A program made the position numbers and the translations under genes. A model generated the notes under the pieces. It saw nothing but the letters and a program-made list of their open reading frames with translations, made no database searches and was not told where the DNA came from. Positions 40,912-54,554 of a DNA stretch of 64,000 nt are shown here, piece by piece (positions within the stretch are counted from its first letter, which is position 1; every line of letters begins with the position of its first letter). The stretch comes from Octopus sinensis (taxonomy: Eukaryota): assembly GCF_006345805.1 (NCBI RefSeq), contig NC_043000.1:39370001-39434000 (forward strand), in the 5' to 3' direction.

Positions 40912-41740
40912 CTAGCTTAAGGTGACCCGCGCGTAGAGCGGGTAAGAGTGTGGTTGTTACTTTCTGTTGCTTCTTTTCTGTTTTTTATCACAACATTCTC
41001 CCTCTTTGTTTCTCTCTCCTTTCTCTCTCACTTTCCCACTCTCTTACACTTCCGTTCTCTCGGACTCTCCCTCGCTTTCTCTTACTCTCTATCTTTCTCT
41101 ATCTATCTCTCTCTCATTAATAAACAACAAAAGATCTTGATTAAGTTGAGAAAAATATTTTGAAAGATCAATCATAAATATCAGGCAGACAACAAAACAC
41201 TAACATTTAAAAGGGACAGACGAACTTACGAGCTGAATAAAAAATTTTAAAATATTGGAAACCAGAGTTTGAAGGGATACAAGCTGAGGATTGTAGACTC
41301 ACCATGGCTGGCATTTCTTAACGACGGACAGCAACATAGTGGCAGCTTAACGGCTGGCGTAAAATTTTGAACTTGATGTTAAAGAAAATTCCTAAACACC
41401 AAGTTTTGAAGTGATTCTTTCTCACCACAGTAGACTCACCATGGCAAGCATTCAAAACTTTTTCATCATGGACGGTAACACATTGAAGAAGATTTAAAGG
41501 CTGGCGCAAATTTTTTAGCTTGATGTAACAGAGAATTCCTAAACACCCGCTCGTGTAAATTTTAATCCCCTTCCAGCCCCATTTAGTTCCCTTTTCACAT
41601 TTTGGTTAATATAACCCGATTTCATTCGGGTCTACTCGGGCCACATTTTATAAGATGAGGAATTTTGTCCTAGAGGTCACGCCTTTCATTTGAGGAAATA
41701 AATAGTTGCCATGCAAACTCGCCAGCACTTTTATCATAGG
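40912..41740 (-). mobile_element. Non-autonomous Helitron (5' boundary uncertain)
   Basis: 3' CTAG at 40912-40915 plus hairpin acccgc gcgtaga gcgggt. Confidence 0.55.
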
Positions 41741-42000
41741 TGTGCATATTTTGAGAAATAACAGTCAAAACTCTGACTCTAAATTTAAATATCGATATTA
41801 TCCTCATTTATAAATTTATATAATTCGTCACTATATTCACTGCGGTGTTTATTTTGACCATATCATGCTTATGAGGTGTTTGACGGGCAATTTAACTGGC
41901 CTTGTACATACGTGCATATATATGTATGTATGGACGTTCGTATATGTAAGTATAACGTTTGTTCTGCATATATATTTGTATTTATGTCCCTATCTGATAT

Positions 42001-42058
42001 ATTCAACTGACGAGGCAAAGCTTATTTAAAGAAAAGCTAGAAATCCAGGATCTTGAAT
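42001..42058 (+). ncRNA. Type I hammerhead ribozyme motif
   Basis: attcaa CUGACGA ggcaaagctt atttaaagaa aagcta GAAA UCCAGGA UC ttgaat: perfect 6-bp stem I, intact core, ATCC-A-GGAT stem III, AUC cleavage site. Base of stem II is imperfect. Confidence 0.78.
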
Positions 42059-42306
42059 TATTCAGTAATATTTTTTGCTAGTCTATTTTGTCCCTCTATT
42101 TTATCTCACGGTACGATATGAACATTTAACGTGGTTTTTAGAGTCAGGGTTTTGACTGCTATTTCAGCATGGTGGTGTCTCTCAGACACCCTTATTCTTA
42201 GTTGTAAAAAAATTATTACCTTTGTATAGTATTTTTCCCATGCTGGCCACTTGATAATATTGCTATTTAAATATCGATATTATCCTTATTTATAAATTTA
42301 TATATA

Positions 42307-42356
<50 letters not shown>

Positions 42357-42409
42357 GTTTAAATATTTGTTGTGCAAGATTTTTTATGTGAAGTCGTGTG
42401 TTGAAACAG

Positions 42410-43791
42410 ATATTGTTATATTTCGGAATGGTCATATTGCCAGTTTAGCCAATAAAAACACACGCACTATATATTTGGTGTTATTTTGCTTCAGTGATAT
42501 TTATTTTTTACATTAATCTTAATCTTATTTCGGCCAAAGTTCTTTCGTCACACTCCTGTGACCGCATCAGTGGTCCTTTGTTTTCTTCTCACTTACTTGT
42601 GTCTCTCCTTACTAACCGTCAGCCATTTTGTATTTCTATTGTATGTCTTCATTTGCGCATGCTTATATCTCTATGTGCGTCTATGTTTATTTAGTGTTTG
42701 GGGGGGGGGCATGTCTGTAATATTTGTATCTTCTGGTTATATACATTCTTGTAATTTGTATTTTGTTTTTGTTGTTGTTGCTTTTGTTCTAATTTTTTTC
42801 ATGTATTTACATCCACCCATTATTATCATTACATATGCTTGTATGTATGTATGTATAACAACAATATTAGTAATAATAATAATAAATCTATCGAGAAAAA
42901 AAAAAAAAAAAAAAAAAAAGAATATACATATACATATATATATATATATACATACACATACATACATATATATATATATATACTATATACACCACATATA
43001 TACACATATACATATACATATATATACACATATACATACACATAGATATTCATTTCTATTTCTTTAATTACCTGTGTATTTATTATGTTTGCAGGATCCA
43101 CTATTGTCATATGTTGTGGTGTGCGCTATTGCTCCATTCTAGTTTTCTATTCAGGCTAGGTTTATTTTCTATTATATGTGTAGCTTCTGTAATTTGTCTA
43201 ATTGTTGCATCTGTTCTATGTGTGGACAATATCTTAATCTCTATGTTATTGATTGATCCCCCGTGTTCTTGTTCGGCGTGTTGGTACAGAATCGATGAGC
43301 TTTTACCTTCCTCGATTAGATTTATTATTATTATTATTACTAATATTGTTGTTATACATACATACATACAAGCATATGTAATGATAATAATGGGTGGATG
43401 TAAACACATGAACAAAATTAGAACAAAAGCAACAACAACAAAAACAAAATACAAATTACAAGAATGTATATAACCAGAAGATACAAATATTACAGACATG
43501 CCCCCCCCAAACACTAAATAAACATAGACGCACATAGAGATATAAGCATGCGCAAATGAAGACATACAATAGAAATACAAAATGGCTGACGGTTAGTAAG
43601 GAGAGACACAAGTAAGTGAGAAGAAAACAAAGGACCACTGATGCGGTCACAGGAGTGTGACGAAAGAACTTTGGCCGAAATAAGATTAAGATTAATGTAA
43701 AAATAAAACTGAAGCAAAATAACACCAAATATATAGTGCGTGTGTTTTTATTGGCTAAACTGGCAATATGACCATTCCGAATATAACAATA
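42410..43791. repeat. ~485-bp near-perfect inverted repeat flanking a PLE endonuclease tail
   Basis: Arms 42410-42895 and 43311-43791. The spacer's - strand encodes HAEQEH...IKILS...RQITEATHIIENKPSLNR (GIY-YIG C-terminus). Confidence 0.9.
43632..43676 (+). ncRNA. Variant hammerhead-like motif (mirror copy at 42532-42576, - strand)
   Basis: ggacca CUGAUGC g gtcac aggagt gtgac GAAA GAAC UU tggcc. Confidence 0.55.
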
Positions 43792-45522
43792 TATATATAT
43801 ATATACATATATACGCATTAAATATATATATGTACATATATACGCATTATATATATATGTGTGTATGTGTACGCATTATAAATACAGATGTATACAAATT
43901 ATATATATATATGTATGTATATATATAATATATATACATATATATATATATATATATCAATACAGATATATACACTTTGTATATATACATTATATATACA
44001 TATTTATAGAGAGAACACACACACATATATAAATTAACCCAATAAATATCTGACTTATAATATTTGTTCGCATGGTTGTGTGGTGGATGTAGCGATAACA
44101 ATTCTCTCTATGAATGCAGACAGACGTAGAGAGAGAGAGGATGTGGCAGAAAGAGTGACAGCGCTGGCGAAAGCGGCGGAGGAAAGATCGTAGATGTTGT
44201 CAAACGACGTTATAGAGAGAACGTGAAAGGAAGGGAGGAAAGAGAGAGAGAGAGTCGGAGGAAGACAGGCAGATAAGAGAATGAGAGAAGATTTGTCAAA
44301 GTGCGGGTTTTTGGCCCTAGTAACGACACCTTTTAAGATAGGGATTTCTAACTTAACCCACTCACATCCTCACCTCATTGTACATATCTCTGTAAATGTT
44401 GGAGTCAATCCGACGGGATCTAGTGCCTTTTAACCCGTTCCAATGCCAAAAACCAGACAAACAAACAAACTTTCTCATTTCAGAATTATAAATATTGATA
44501 CATATAATATAACAGTACAAAAGTCATTAGAACTTTGATCACTATTACGGGAGTATAATACTAGGACATAATAAAATTAGATACTAGTCATAAGGTAAGA
44601 TTTTAAAAATGATATAGAGTTCTATTCAGATACAAAAATTGAATATTTTCATCTTTAAGCTAATAAATGAATATAATTTGTATAAAAATATTAAAAATAT
44701 AAGTGTAAATATACCACGAGATATATAAAAATTAAAAAGTGTAAATAATATAAAACTGCAAAAAAATACTAATATACGAGAATAATTTATTAAGGTAACT
44801 AATATATCGAAATTTATAACGGTATAGAGATATAAAATATAAAAATATAACAAGATTATTATCATTCATAAAAAATAAAAATAAAAGATATTAAATAAAC
44901 ATAAGACATTTGATATAAATAAATTACTACATTTAGCCTTTAATATAAATAAGGTACTACTTAATGATTTATCCATTTGCGAAGATAAAGACTTTCTATT
45001 GCCATATATAATATTTAAGTAAGTTGACTTAGCGTTAATTAACTCCCCACGGACCAATTAACAGAAGCAACTTCCTAAGAACACAAACCTAGACGATTGG
45101 TGCAGCTCCTTCTATTGTTAGAAGTATGGTAACTGGGTCACTTATGGCAAATTATTCCTATCCCTACTATACAATCTATTGGTCCCTAGGCTTGTTTTAT
45201 TTCTGACCAGATCTACACTACTCTGAATAGTAGCAGAATCAATGTAAATATGTAAATATTTATAACTGTGGCAAAGCAGTCGAATTCTCCTTTATGCTTT
45301 AAGCTCATGGATTCATGGGATGAAAACTGCTTTTTGCAATGATGTAATATTTTCATTAATGAATTACAGTTGTTGGAAACGGCCGTAATGGACTGACACC
45401 TGTGCCTCCTGATATATATATATATACCGGAGTAAACACATAAATGTGAAACAAGGTGGAAAAAGATTACTCAAATACTAGAGATAGAGTAATATGCTTT
45501 ATTTAAAAGCAGCAGAAATTCA

Positions 45523-45573
45523 ACAAAACCTGTTACTCGGAGTTTCACGTTCCCGTTCGTCGGACAGTTTTGT
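45523..45573 (-). ncRNA. Type I hammerhead-like motif with CCGACGA core
   Basis: Reverse strand reads acaaaactgt CCGACGA acg ggaa cgt GAAA CUCCGAG UA acaggttttgt; followed by AATAAA. Confidence 0.72.
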
Positions 45574-45592
45574 TAACTTTTTTAAATAAAGA

Positions 45593-45676
<84 letters not shown>

Positions 45677-46694
45677 TCACAATTTAAAAATAGGATAAAA
45701 TCTTCATAAGAATTTATCAAGTAGTTAGCGTGAAAAACCTCATAAGAGAAAAAAAACCATCAATTTTTTCTTTTAAATTTATTTATCTATATTGTATAGA
45801 GGGCACTATTACACATAGATGCCTCACGCTAGTAGGGACTCTTAAAGTCAAAACTACTAAAATAAATAAAGACATCGTACCGAAACAATTCTCGAAGCAG
45901 GCCATTTAAAAACAGAATTTAGCCACATATCATACTGTGATTTCGTAATCAGTGCAATAATATGCACTCTTTACTCTTCAATGTGTGCATAATTCAAGAT
46001 ATATAATGAATAAACAAAAACAACATACCAAGAAAACAGCTTGATACGATGTGTTTATTTATTTTAGTAGTTTATCAATATATAGATATGTGTGTTGGTG
46101 TGTGTGTGCGGGTGGGGGTCTGTCTGTCTGTATGTATAGCTCCGCGATCAGTCCATCTGCTTGGCATCTTGAGCAAGTGTCTTATGCTACAAGACAAGCA
46201 AAGCTTTGCGAGTAGATTTGTTATATGGAAACTGAAAGAAGCACATCGTGTAAAAGCCAACACACACACACGCACACACATGTATGTATGTATATAAGTA
46301 TTTATGTATGTATAATGGAATCGCATGCAGCCATCCCACAGAAAACTCCCAACTCCTAAAATCTGTTTTCTGATTGGTTAAAAATAATCACTTGAAACCC
46401 TTCTAATATTTTTCCTAAATGAGAAATATTTACACGAAATTTCAAAATTTCACATTTAGAAGAGATTTGAGACAAACATCTGTCATTCGACAGATAGAGA
46501 GAAAGAAAACAATGTTTCATTGCCTTACATTTCCTTGGTAACATTTTATTGTAGTAAATGGTAATAGACACTTGGCCATTACAATGTATTCGGTGTTTGT
46601 GCTTTTGATTTCAATTTTCGGTTTCACTGTAAAAGATGTTACAAACGCATTCATTAAATATGGAAAGAGTTAATTCCCTTTATGCGTTATATCT

Positions 46695-46900
46695 AATTTC
46701 CTTTCGTTTCTTTTCAGTCATTAGATTGCGGCCGTACTGCGACACTACCTAGAGCACTTTTAATCCGACTAATTGAAGCCACTCCTTGTGTGCCTTTTAA
46801 GGCTGGTACCTATTTTATCGGTTTCTTAGGCCGAACCACGAAGGTAACAGCGGCGGGAAGATATCAACAACAGTGCTCAAGCGGTGGTGGGGGACAAACA
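46695..46900 (-). mobile_element. Decayed SINE
   Basis: Reverse strand carries ccgataaaataggtaccagc and the tail cagtacggccgcaatctaatgactgaaa, resembling the LINE-shared tail at ~19170. Confidence 0.5.
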
Positions 46901-46956
46901 TACCGACAGAAACATACACACACATACATACATACATACATACATACATACATACA

Positions 46957-47018
<62 letters not shown>

Positions 47019-47020
47019 AA

Positions 47021-49279
47021 ATGGAACAAAATAAACAAAACCAACCGAAAATAATCAACCTGTCAAAGAAAATCTTGAGTTTTACACAAACCAATATCCT
47101 AGGAAGAGGTTTAAAATTTACCCCTACCCCCTGCAGATCGAACCCAAATGAAATTAAGGACAATACTATGGATTTCTGCCGAAAATTACGCCTCACAGAA
47201 GCACTTCACAACTACACCAGCGAAGATGACTCAATATTGAAAAACAAAAGTGAATACCGGCCTACAAAAGGCAGAAATAAAGCACTTGATGTTTTTTGTG
47301 AACACATAAACTGTTTTCCTTACAATACCCTACCAAAACAACAAATTAAATCCAACCTTAATTTAAATGAATGGAAAGACCTTGTCGAGCTAAAAAATGA
47401 CATAAACCTCACCATTAAAGAAGCCGACAAAGGAAGTGCGGTAGTAGTGATGGATAAGAGTACTACAAAAATCTAATACTTTCCATGTTGAAAATTAATA
47501 CTTACTATGAGAAATTAATACAATACAACCCACAGAAAACACTGGAAAACTTATCCTCCTTGCTCCAAACTCATGGAAAGGATCTCACTAAACTTGAAAT
47601 AGACTATTTATCCAATTTTAAATACAGTCCTAGTCTATTCTACGGATTACCCAAAATACATAAAAATCCACACATTTGTGAAGCCTGCAAAGTCTCTACA
47701 GGCCTATGCATTAATTTCCCTCCCCTACTGACATCAAACTGAGACCCATTATAGCTGGCCCTTCTTGTGAAACCCACCGTTTGAGCAACTTCCTCGACAT
47801 ATTACTCAAACCTTTTTTAAAATATGTGAAAAGCTTTATCAGGGATGACCTAGACATGCTGAACCACCCACGAAGACAGTAAAGGAAGGACCCTGCTGGT
47901 ATCGATGTGGTGAATCTGTACACCAATATCCCACACGACTATGGTATAGAAGCAATCCCATTCTGGCTAGAAAAATACCCAGAAGAGATCCAAGGACGCA
48001 TTAACCACAGTTTTATAATTGAAGCACTCAAATTCATCTTGCTGAACAATTATTTCATGATCGATACAACTTACTATCGACAAAATTGTGCAATTGCAAT
48101 GGGAACCAGAGCTGCTCCAGTGATTGCAAACCTTGTAATGGGCTAGCTAGAACTTAAGTTATACCAATTATCACTAGAAAAATATAGCGCCTCTTTTAAT
48201 TGCTATTTAAAGGAGAACTGGGATAGATATTTGGATGATTGCTTCATACTTTGGAAAGACAAACTCCTTGATTTCAAAATAATGCTTAACAACATACATA
48301 GCAATATACAATTCACTATGGAACACAACAGTAAACAACTCCCTTTTCTAGACATCTTAATTAAAATAGTTAACAACCACATAGAAACAGACATCTTTTA
48401 TTAACCCACAGATTCTAAACAATACTTATTATTTAACTCTTGCCACTCCAAACACATAATATTGATATACCTTTTAATCTAGCGAAAAGAACTTGTACCA
48501 TAGTTACGGATACATACACTCGTGAACAATCACTCCTGGAACTTAGATCAACACTAACTAAAAGACATTACAAAATCTCATTAATAAATGAAGGCATTAA
48601 AAGAGCTAAAGAAATAAATATACAAATATTAAGGCAAGCCAGCCGAAATACTAAACCAGATTTAAAATACTCCCGTACATTTCCACACATAACCCTAGAA
48701 ACAGCGAAGCCTTCAACATTATCACCCAAAATCTTCCCATCGTCACAGCAGACAAAACAATGAACGAAATGTTAAGCTCATACAAAATTATAAAAAGCAA
48801 AAAGCAACCGAAGTCACTGAAAAACATATTGACTAGTGCAAGACTATATCCACTAACAACAGAGCCAAAAGAGAAAAAATGTGGTCGTCCTATCTGTGGA
48901 AGGTTCAGAATTTCACTTCAAACAAGAAGAAATATTTAAGACCAAATCAAATTTTACCTGCGCCTCGGAAAATCTAATCTATGTCATGACATGCTTAGGA
49001 TGTGGTAACCACTATATTGGACAAACAGGAATATCACACTGTCGAAGAACCACCATCCACAAAGAGCAAATCCTCCACCCACAATACAGACAGTTACAGG
49101 CTAGTGAACACATAGAAAGGTGTGCCAGGAATCTTAATCTTAATTTCCAAATCTTCCCCTTCTATCAATGTTCACAGAACACCAGAATGCAACAAAGGTT
49201 GAATAAAGAGGCAATTTTCATCAATAAAAATCTTCCCCAACTAAATATGAACACACAACTTAATACAGAACACCACTAG
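47021..49279 (+). mobile_element. Penelope-like retroelement RT and GIY-YIG ORF, degraded
   Basis: IINLS, LGRGLKFTPTP, KEADKGSAVVVMD, FYGLPKIHK, RPIIAG, DVVNLYTNIPH, AMGTRAAPVIANLVMG, RYLDD, LPFLD, CASENLIYVMTCLGCGNHYIGQT. Confidence 0.92.
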
Positions 49280-49689
49280 CCCTTCAATTAACACCACTAA
49301 CCCCTATACACTCCCTACGCCATTCACATTACAATTCTATATCTAACACAACTGCATTAAACCCAGAACTACTTACCTCCCTTACAAATAATCTTTTTAC
49401 TCAGGAACTATTAGACCTGACACCGTTCATTAGCCAGTGTTTATTCAAAGCAATGACCAAACCATGGTATGCTTTGCTTTCTGACTTTTTAATCATCTCA
49501 TAATAATGACTGTTATGACTTTTGTTACTACGTCAGTCCATCTAAATGTATATATCTGTGTTACCTTTCATAAAAAGCCTTTTCTTTCTTTTATTTACAA
49601 TGTGCATTTTCATTGATTTTTCTTATTTTCCCCTTACATTTCCACGTGTATATATTTTCTTTTAGCAACATATTTCTACTATATATATA

Positions 49690-49840
49690 TACATATAAAT
49701 TAGAAAAAAAAACACCTTTTATCAATACAATAATGAAGAAATTAAATTATACGATTTTTAAAAATTAATTTTTCTAAATGGTATAATTTCATTTTTTCAT
49801 TATTGAATTAATAAAAGGCGTTTTTTTTCTAATTTATATA
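49690..49840. repeat. Short imperfect inverted repeat of a PLE-type terminus
   Basis: aattagaaaaaaaaacaccttttatcaat... versus ...ataaaaggcgttttttttctaatt; the same terminus occurs near 57605. Confidence 0.6.
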
Positions 49841-49922
49841 TATGTATTTTATATTGTGAAATTTGATTTAGTATTTCTAAATTGAATTTTCCCTGTAAGT
49901 TTGGAATAATATTCCCTCATAT

Positions 49923-49986
<64 letters not shown>

Positions 49987-50029
49987 CATATATACATATA
50001 AATATACATACATACATAATATATATATA

Positions 50030-51032
50030 CTAGCATTAAAGGCCCGTCGTTGCCGGGTGATAGTGCTAGTGCATGTATATATGTGTATATATATGTGTAC
50101 ATATATATATACATCTACACATAAAATACAAAATACAAAGTTATATCTTGATATCGCTAGTGATAACAATACTCAAAATATATAACAGACTGGAATTGTT
50201 AGCCCGTCTCTTGTAATTTCGATCAATTGTATCTTGTCCTCCCTCTTGTATAGAAGTGTGGCTACAATCCAGCCTACCTGTACTTTTGGGAGGCGGCATT
50301 TTAAATTTTTCCTGCACATCCTACGTCCCAGATATAAAGGTAAAAATAAAATATTTCCACTTTGCAAGTTCAAGTCGAGTACTCCCTTGCACGTGCCGTT
50401 GACTCGAACCTTGCTTCTATTGTGGCGAATATACCGCCTCTAGTTAGATATCTTTCATAGTCGCACCAAGACACTTTTTGAAGGTGCTTTCCTCCATGTG
50501 TTCAAATCTTTTTTCTCTACATTGTATAGTTTATAGACAATAGTCTCTTCTTTAATTTAATTTTTTATTATCCATCTGGACTATTCCATTTCTGCACTTA
50601 AATTTTATTTTTAATTTATTCCCATTCATGTGAAACCACTTATTCAAGTTCAAGTCATTGATGCAATTTTATACCAATTGCTATTTTTACTTTTGTTATG
50701 TTACGATTATATTATAATTTAGTTTGATTTTAATTATTACTTACTACATATAATTCAATGGTTGTTATTATTTTTATTGTTAAAGTAAAAGTATCTGACA
50801 TAAAATAGAGAAATGGTTTTGTTTCACTTTTAACAAGTAATACTGAAATAGTGGAGAAGATATGATATTGCTATGCGCTCGCTCTAGGCAAGAAGTTGAA
50901 CTTTTTTTGCCCATGAAACTACATGGACCCTAAGTAAGGCATGGGTAAAATTTGAATGAAATTGGTGGTATAGTTCTCATGTTTTAGGGAAACACACAGA
51001 CAGACAGACACACATTCTCAGTTTTATATATA
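50030..51032 (-). mobile_element. Non-autonomous Helitron
   Basis: 3' CTAG at 50030-50033 with hairpin cccgtcgttgccggg; 5' tatataaaactgagaatgtgtgtctgtctgt on the - strand. Confidence 0.65.
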
Positions 51033-51067
51033 TATAAATATATATATATATATAATATATATATATA

Positions 51068-51115
<48 letters not shown>

Positions 51116-51589
51116 ATATACAATATATACCATAAGAATCTCCACGACAGTAACACATTTTTACGTAGGCAAAGAGAAAAGCAATGAATGAACGCGACCC
51201 CGATTAGTCACATGCGCGTTTCGAGATTAGAGTGTTTAAATAGTTACTTCTCACTTCAGTGTAGCATTTCCAATTATAAAATTTAAAGTGCTAGGGTTAA
51301 AAATGCACACAATCGAGCGTCATCGCGTAACAGATATCCAACCAACACTTCCAATATTTACACAGCCAAATGTGAATACACTATTCATCCCTTGTACCCC
51401 CATGTGCGTTACGACAATAGCACAGAAAACTGTAGTATTATATCATGGAGTAAATTTGACATTTCATGAAGAGGAATTTTTAACTCCTATTTCTAAATTC
51501 AATATGTGGTGAGGCAATCAGCTGACCGCTAATTATATGTATATACATACATACATACATATACATACATACATACATATATATGTATC

Positions 51590-52459
51590 TGTGATCCAGA
51601 AACACCGTGTTCGCTATTAACGGTAAGTGACTGAATTCGTGTATTTGCCACTCCGGTTTTGTGTATGTGAGCCGCAAGGGCCTTCGTTTTTGGAATCTCC
51701 ACTTATAGAAATGGAAAAAACGGTCTTTGACTGCCATTTCTAATTCCTTCGGTATGAGGCGAAACAGCTTGCTGCTAGCCAACTTATTTCTCTTTAATAT
51801 ATACTGAACCTTACAAAGGTCTTGACAATTATTTTGTCGTATTTACATACCGAATTTACCGGTAAATAATTGTTGGTTACATGAAAACCACAGGAAAATT
51901 ATTTACCATTTTTATTGTATTACCATGTGGATTCCTCATTCCATTACGATTACCCAGAAGGCGCGCATGGCAGAATTTGGAGGGAAAATTTATGTTCCCA
52001 GTCGTTACTTGGTTTTAACATCTGCGCACTTCCCCCCACTATCTGATGTCGCTGGGTCAGAAGTGAGGCTGGTGGCATTTGATAAAGCTAACGAATATAG
52101 CGCTGATGACGGAATTCAAACTCCCCTGTTTGTGATCCAGAACAACACCGTGTTCGCTATTAACGGTAAGTGACTGAATTCGTGTATTTGCCACTCCGGT
52201 TTTGTGTTGTGAGCCGCAAGGGCCTTCGTTTTTGGAATCTCCACTTATAGAAATAGAAAAAAACGGTCTTTGACTGCCATTTCTAATTCCTTCGGTATGA
52301 GGCGAAACAGCTTGCTGCTAGCCAACTTATTTCTTTACTATATACTGAACCTTACAAAGGTCTTGACAATTATTTTGTTCGTATTTACATACCGAAATTT
52401 ACCGGTAAAATTGTTGGTTACATGAAAAACCACAGGAAAATTATTTACCATTTTTATTG

Positions 52460-52462
<3 letters not shown>
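51590..52462 (+). mobile_element. Partial-tandem non-coding HHR element (retrozyme / non-autonomous PLE-like), period ~540 bp
   Basis: ~330-bp direct repeats at 51590-51920 and 52131-52462; HHR at 52097-52160; microsatellite flanks. Confidence 0.75.
52097..52160 (+). ncRNA. Type I hammerhead ribozyme motif
   Basis: atagcg CUGAUGA cgga att caaac tcccct gtttg tga tcca GAACAA CACCGUG UU cgctat. Perfect 6-bp stem I; GAAA carries a 2-nt insertion here but is intact in the upstream copy at 51599. Confidence 0.72.
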
Positions 52463-52517
<55 letters not shown>

Positions 52518-52944
52518 TAATAATAATATTAGGAATAACTCCAAACTTACAGGGATTAGATTTAGGATTATATTCCAATTTATAGTATAAATATATTATA
52601 TTATATTATATTAAATTAGAGATAAAACCACTATTAGGCAAATCAAACAGTGAAAAACATAAGCCAATACATAAAATTAATTAAAAAATATAAAAGTTAA
52701 AATTTTAAAAATTATTTAAATAATTTAAACTTATAAATTTTAAATATATATACAAATATATATATATATATATGTGTGTATGTATGTATAGTTTTGCCCC
52801 AGCATGGCCACAGCTCATTAGCTGAAACTGGAAAAAAAAAATTAAAAATCAAAATCATATATTATTTTATTTATTAATTTTTTTTTAAATTTATTATATA
52901 AATATCAAAAGTATTAAAAGTTTAATAAAAGATAAAAAGTAAAA

Positions 52945-53014
52945 CACTACGATCGTTTCATTAATTTAAATTCAATTAATAATTCTAATTATTGTTACAG
53001 TCAATCTTCAGGTT
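52945..53014 (-). ncRNA. Hammerhead-like motif
   Basis: Reverse strand reads aac CUGAAGA ttga...ttaat GAAA CGAUCG UA gtg; perfect palindromic stem III ACGATCGT; weak stems I and II. Confidence 0.55.
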
Positions 53015-53589
53015 AATTGAAATATTTTAAAAATAATCAGAAATATTTAAACAATATTTTTAAGATATAAATAATATAATAATTTTACTTATAATAAACT
53101 CTATTATCAAACTAGAAACTTAAAACTTAACGATTATGATTATATCAAAATCGATTATATTGTTAAATATTAATTATAATTTTAAGGTAAGAAACCCACC
53201 TATAATCTAATATCGGTAATAGTCTATATCTAATTACATAAATATTTTTTTTTAAATGACTATTATATATAAAAATTATCAAGGAAAATATATAAATGTA
53301 TATAAATATTATAATTAAGATCTAAAATAATCTCTATAAATAAATATATATGCACATATAATAAAGACCTAATAAATTAATTTTTCATATTTAAAGATGA
53401 AATAGCTAATTTCAAAAATACAAACAAACAAACTTAAACGAACTTTCGGAAATCTTATATTTGAAATACTTCTAGAAATAATCAATTCGTAGTTATATAG
53501 TATCGAATAAATACTATAAATACTATAAATATATTTATCGATGGGAATAAAACTAGCAAATATCAATTTAAAAAGACAATAACTAAGTT

Positions 53590-53665
53590 ATGCTATTAAG
53601 TTAAACATGGCCTGGACCAATCTTTGGTCGAAACAAATCTATGTTTATTTAAGTTTATCTAATTT
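53590..53665 (+). mobile_element. Extreme 3' tip of the CR1-group LINE seen at 13860
   Basis: ggcctggaccaatctttggtcgaaac followed by a taagtttat-like tail. Confidence 0.75.
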
Positions 53666-54512
53666 TAATTATAAGAAATTTAAAACTACAATTAATGCTA
53701 TTAATAAATTGTTTACACATAAACCTAACTTTAGACAACTCGTATACTTGCTATCAAACAACATATCTATCGCTAAGTAATATCTTACGAATAAACTTAA
53801 ATTTAATATCTAATAATTATATAGAAAATTACGATAATTAGATCATTACATAAACAACGATATTTACATAAGAAAAATATTATTACACCAAAGACCTATA
53901 AAATATTAAAATTTACAAATTAAAGATCTTAAATATAAATAAATATTTATCTTAGCGAGGTTTTGTAATGAACTAAAATTTTGAATCGGAAAACGTCTTT
54001 ACAGCGTTTATAAGAATACTCGTGGAATTACGTTACTAGCAAAAAAAGAATAAATTGTTGAAGAATTCATTAAGCGTGAAGAACAAATACGCTTTATCAA
54101 TGAAGATTGTGAATGAGAACATTTATCGTTTATCAATAAGTGTAAATAGAATGAAGTCACAAATAAAGAATAAAATCACTATATACTATAAGATTTATTA
54201 ATAAAATAACTATGATAAATAATACTTAATACAGAATAAATTAAATAATTTAAATGATTAAAAACCACTAATTATTAAATATACTCTAAAAATCTTATAT
54301 GATTAATAAATATATAAAAAAAATTTTTATAGTAACCCCTCAACGTACTATATAGTCTTTCCCAATGCTCTTAAATTATAAGCTAAAATTAGTGATCATA
54401 ACCGAAATCTCTAAAGTACTTATCAAAATTTGCGGTATAACTATACATACATATACAAATATATATAAATATACACACACACACACACACACACTATATA
54501 TATATATACATA

Positions 54513-54554
<42 letters not shown>

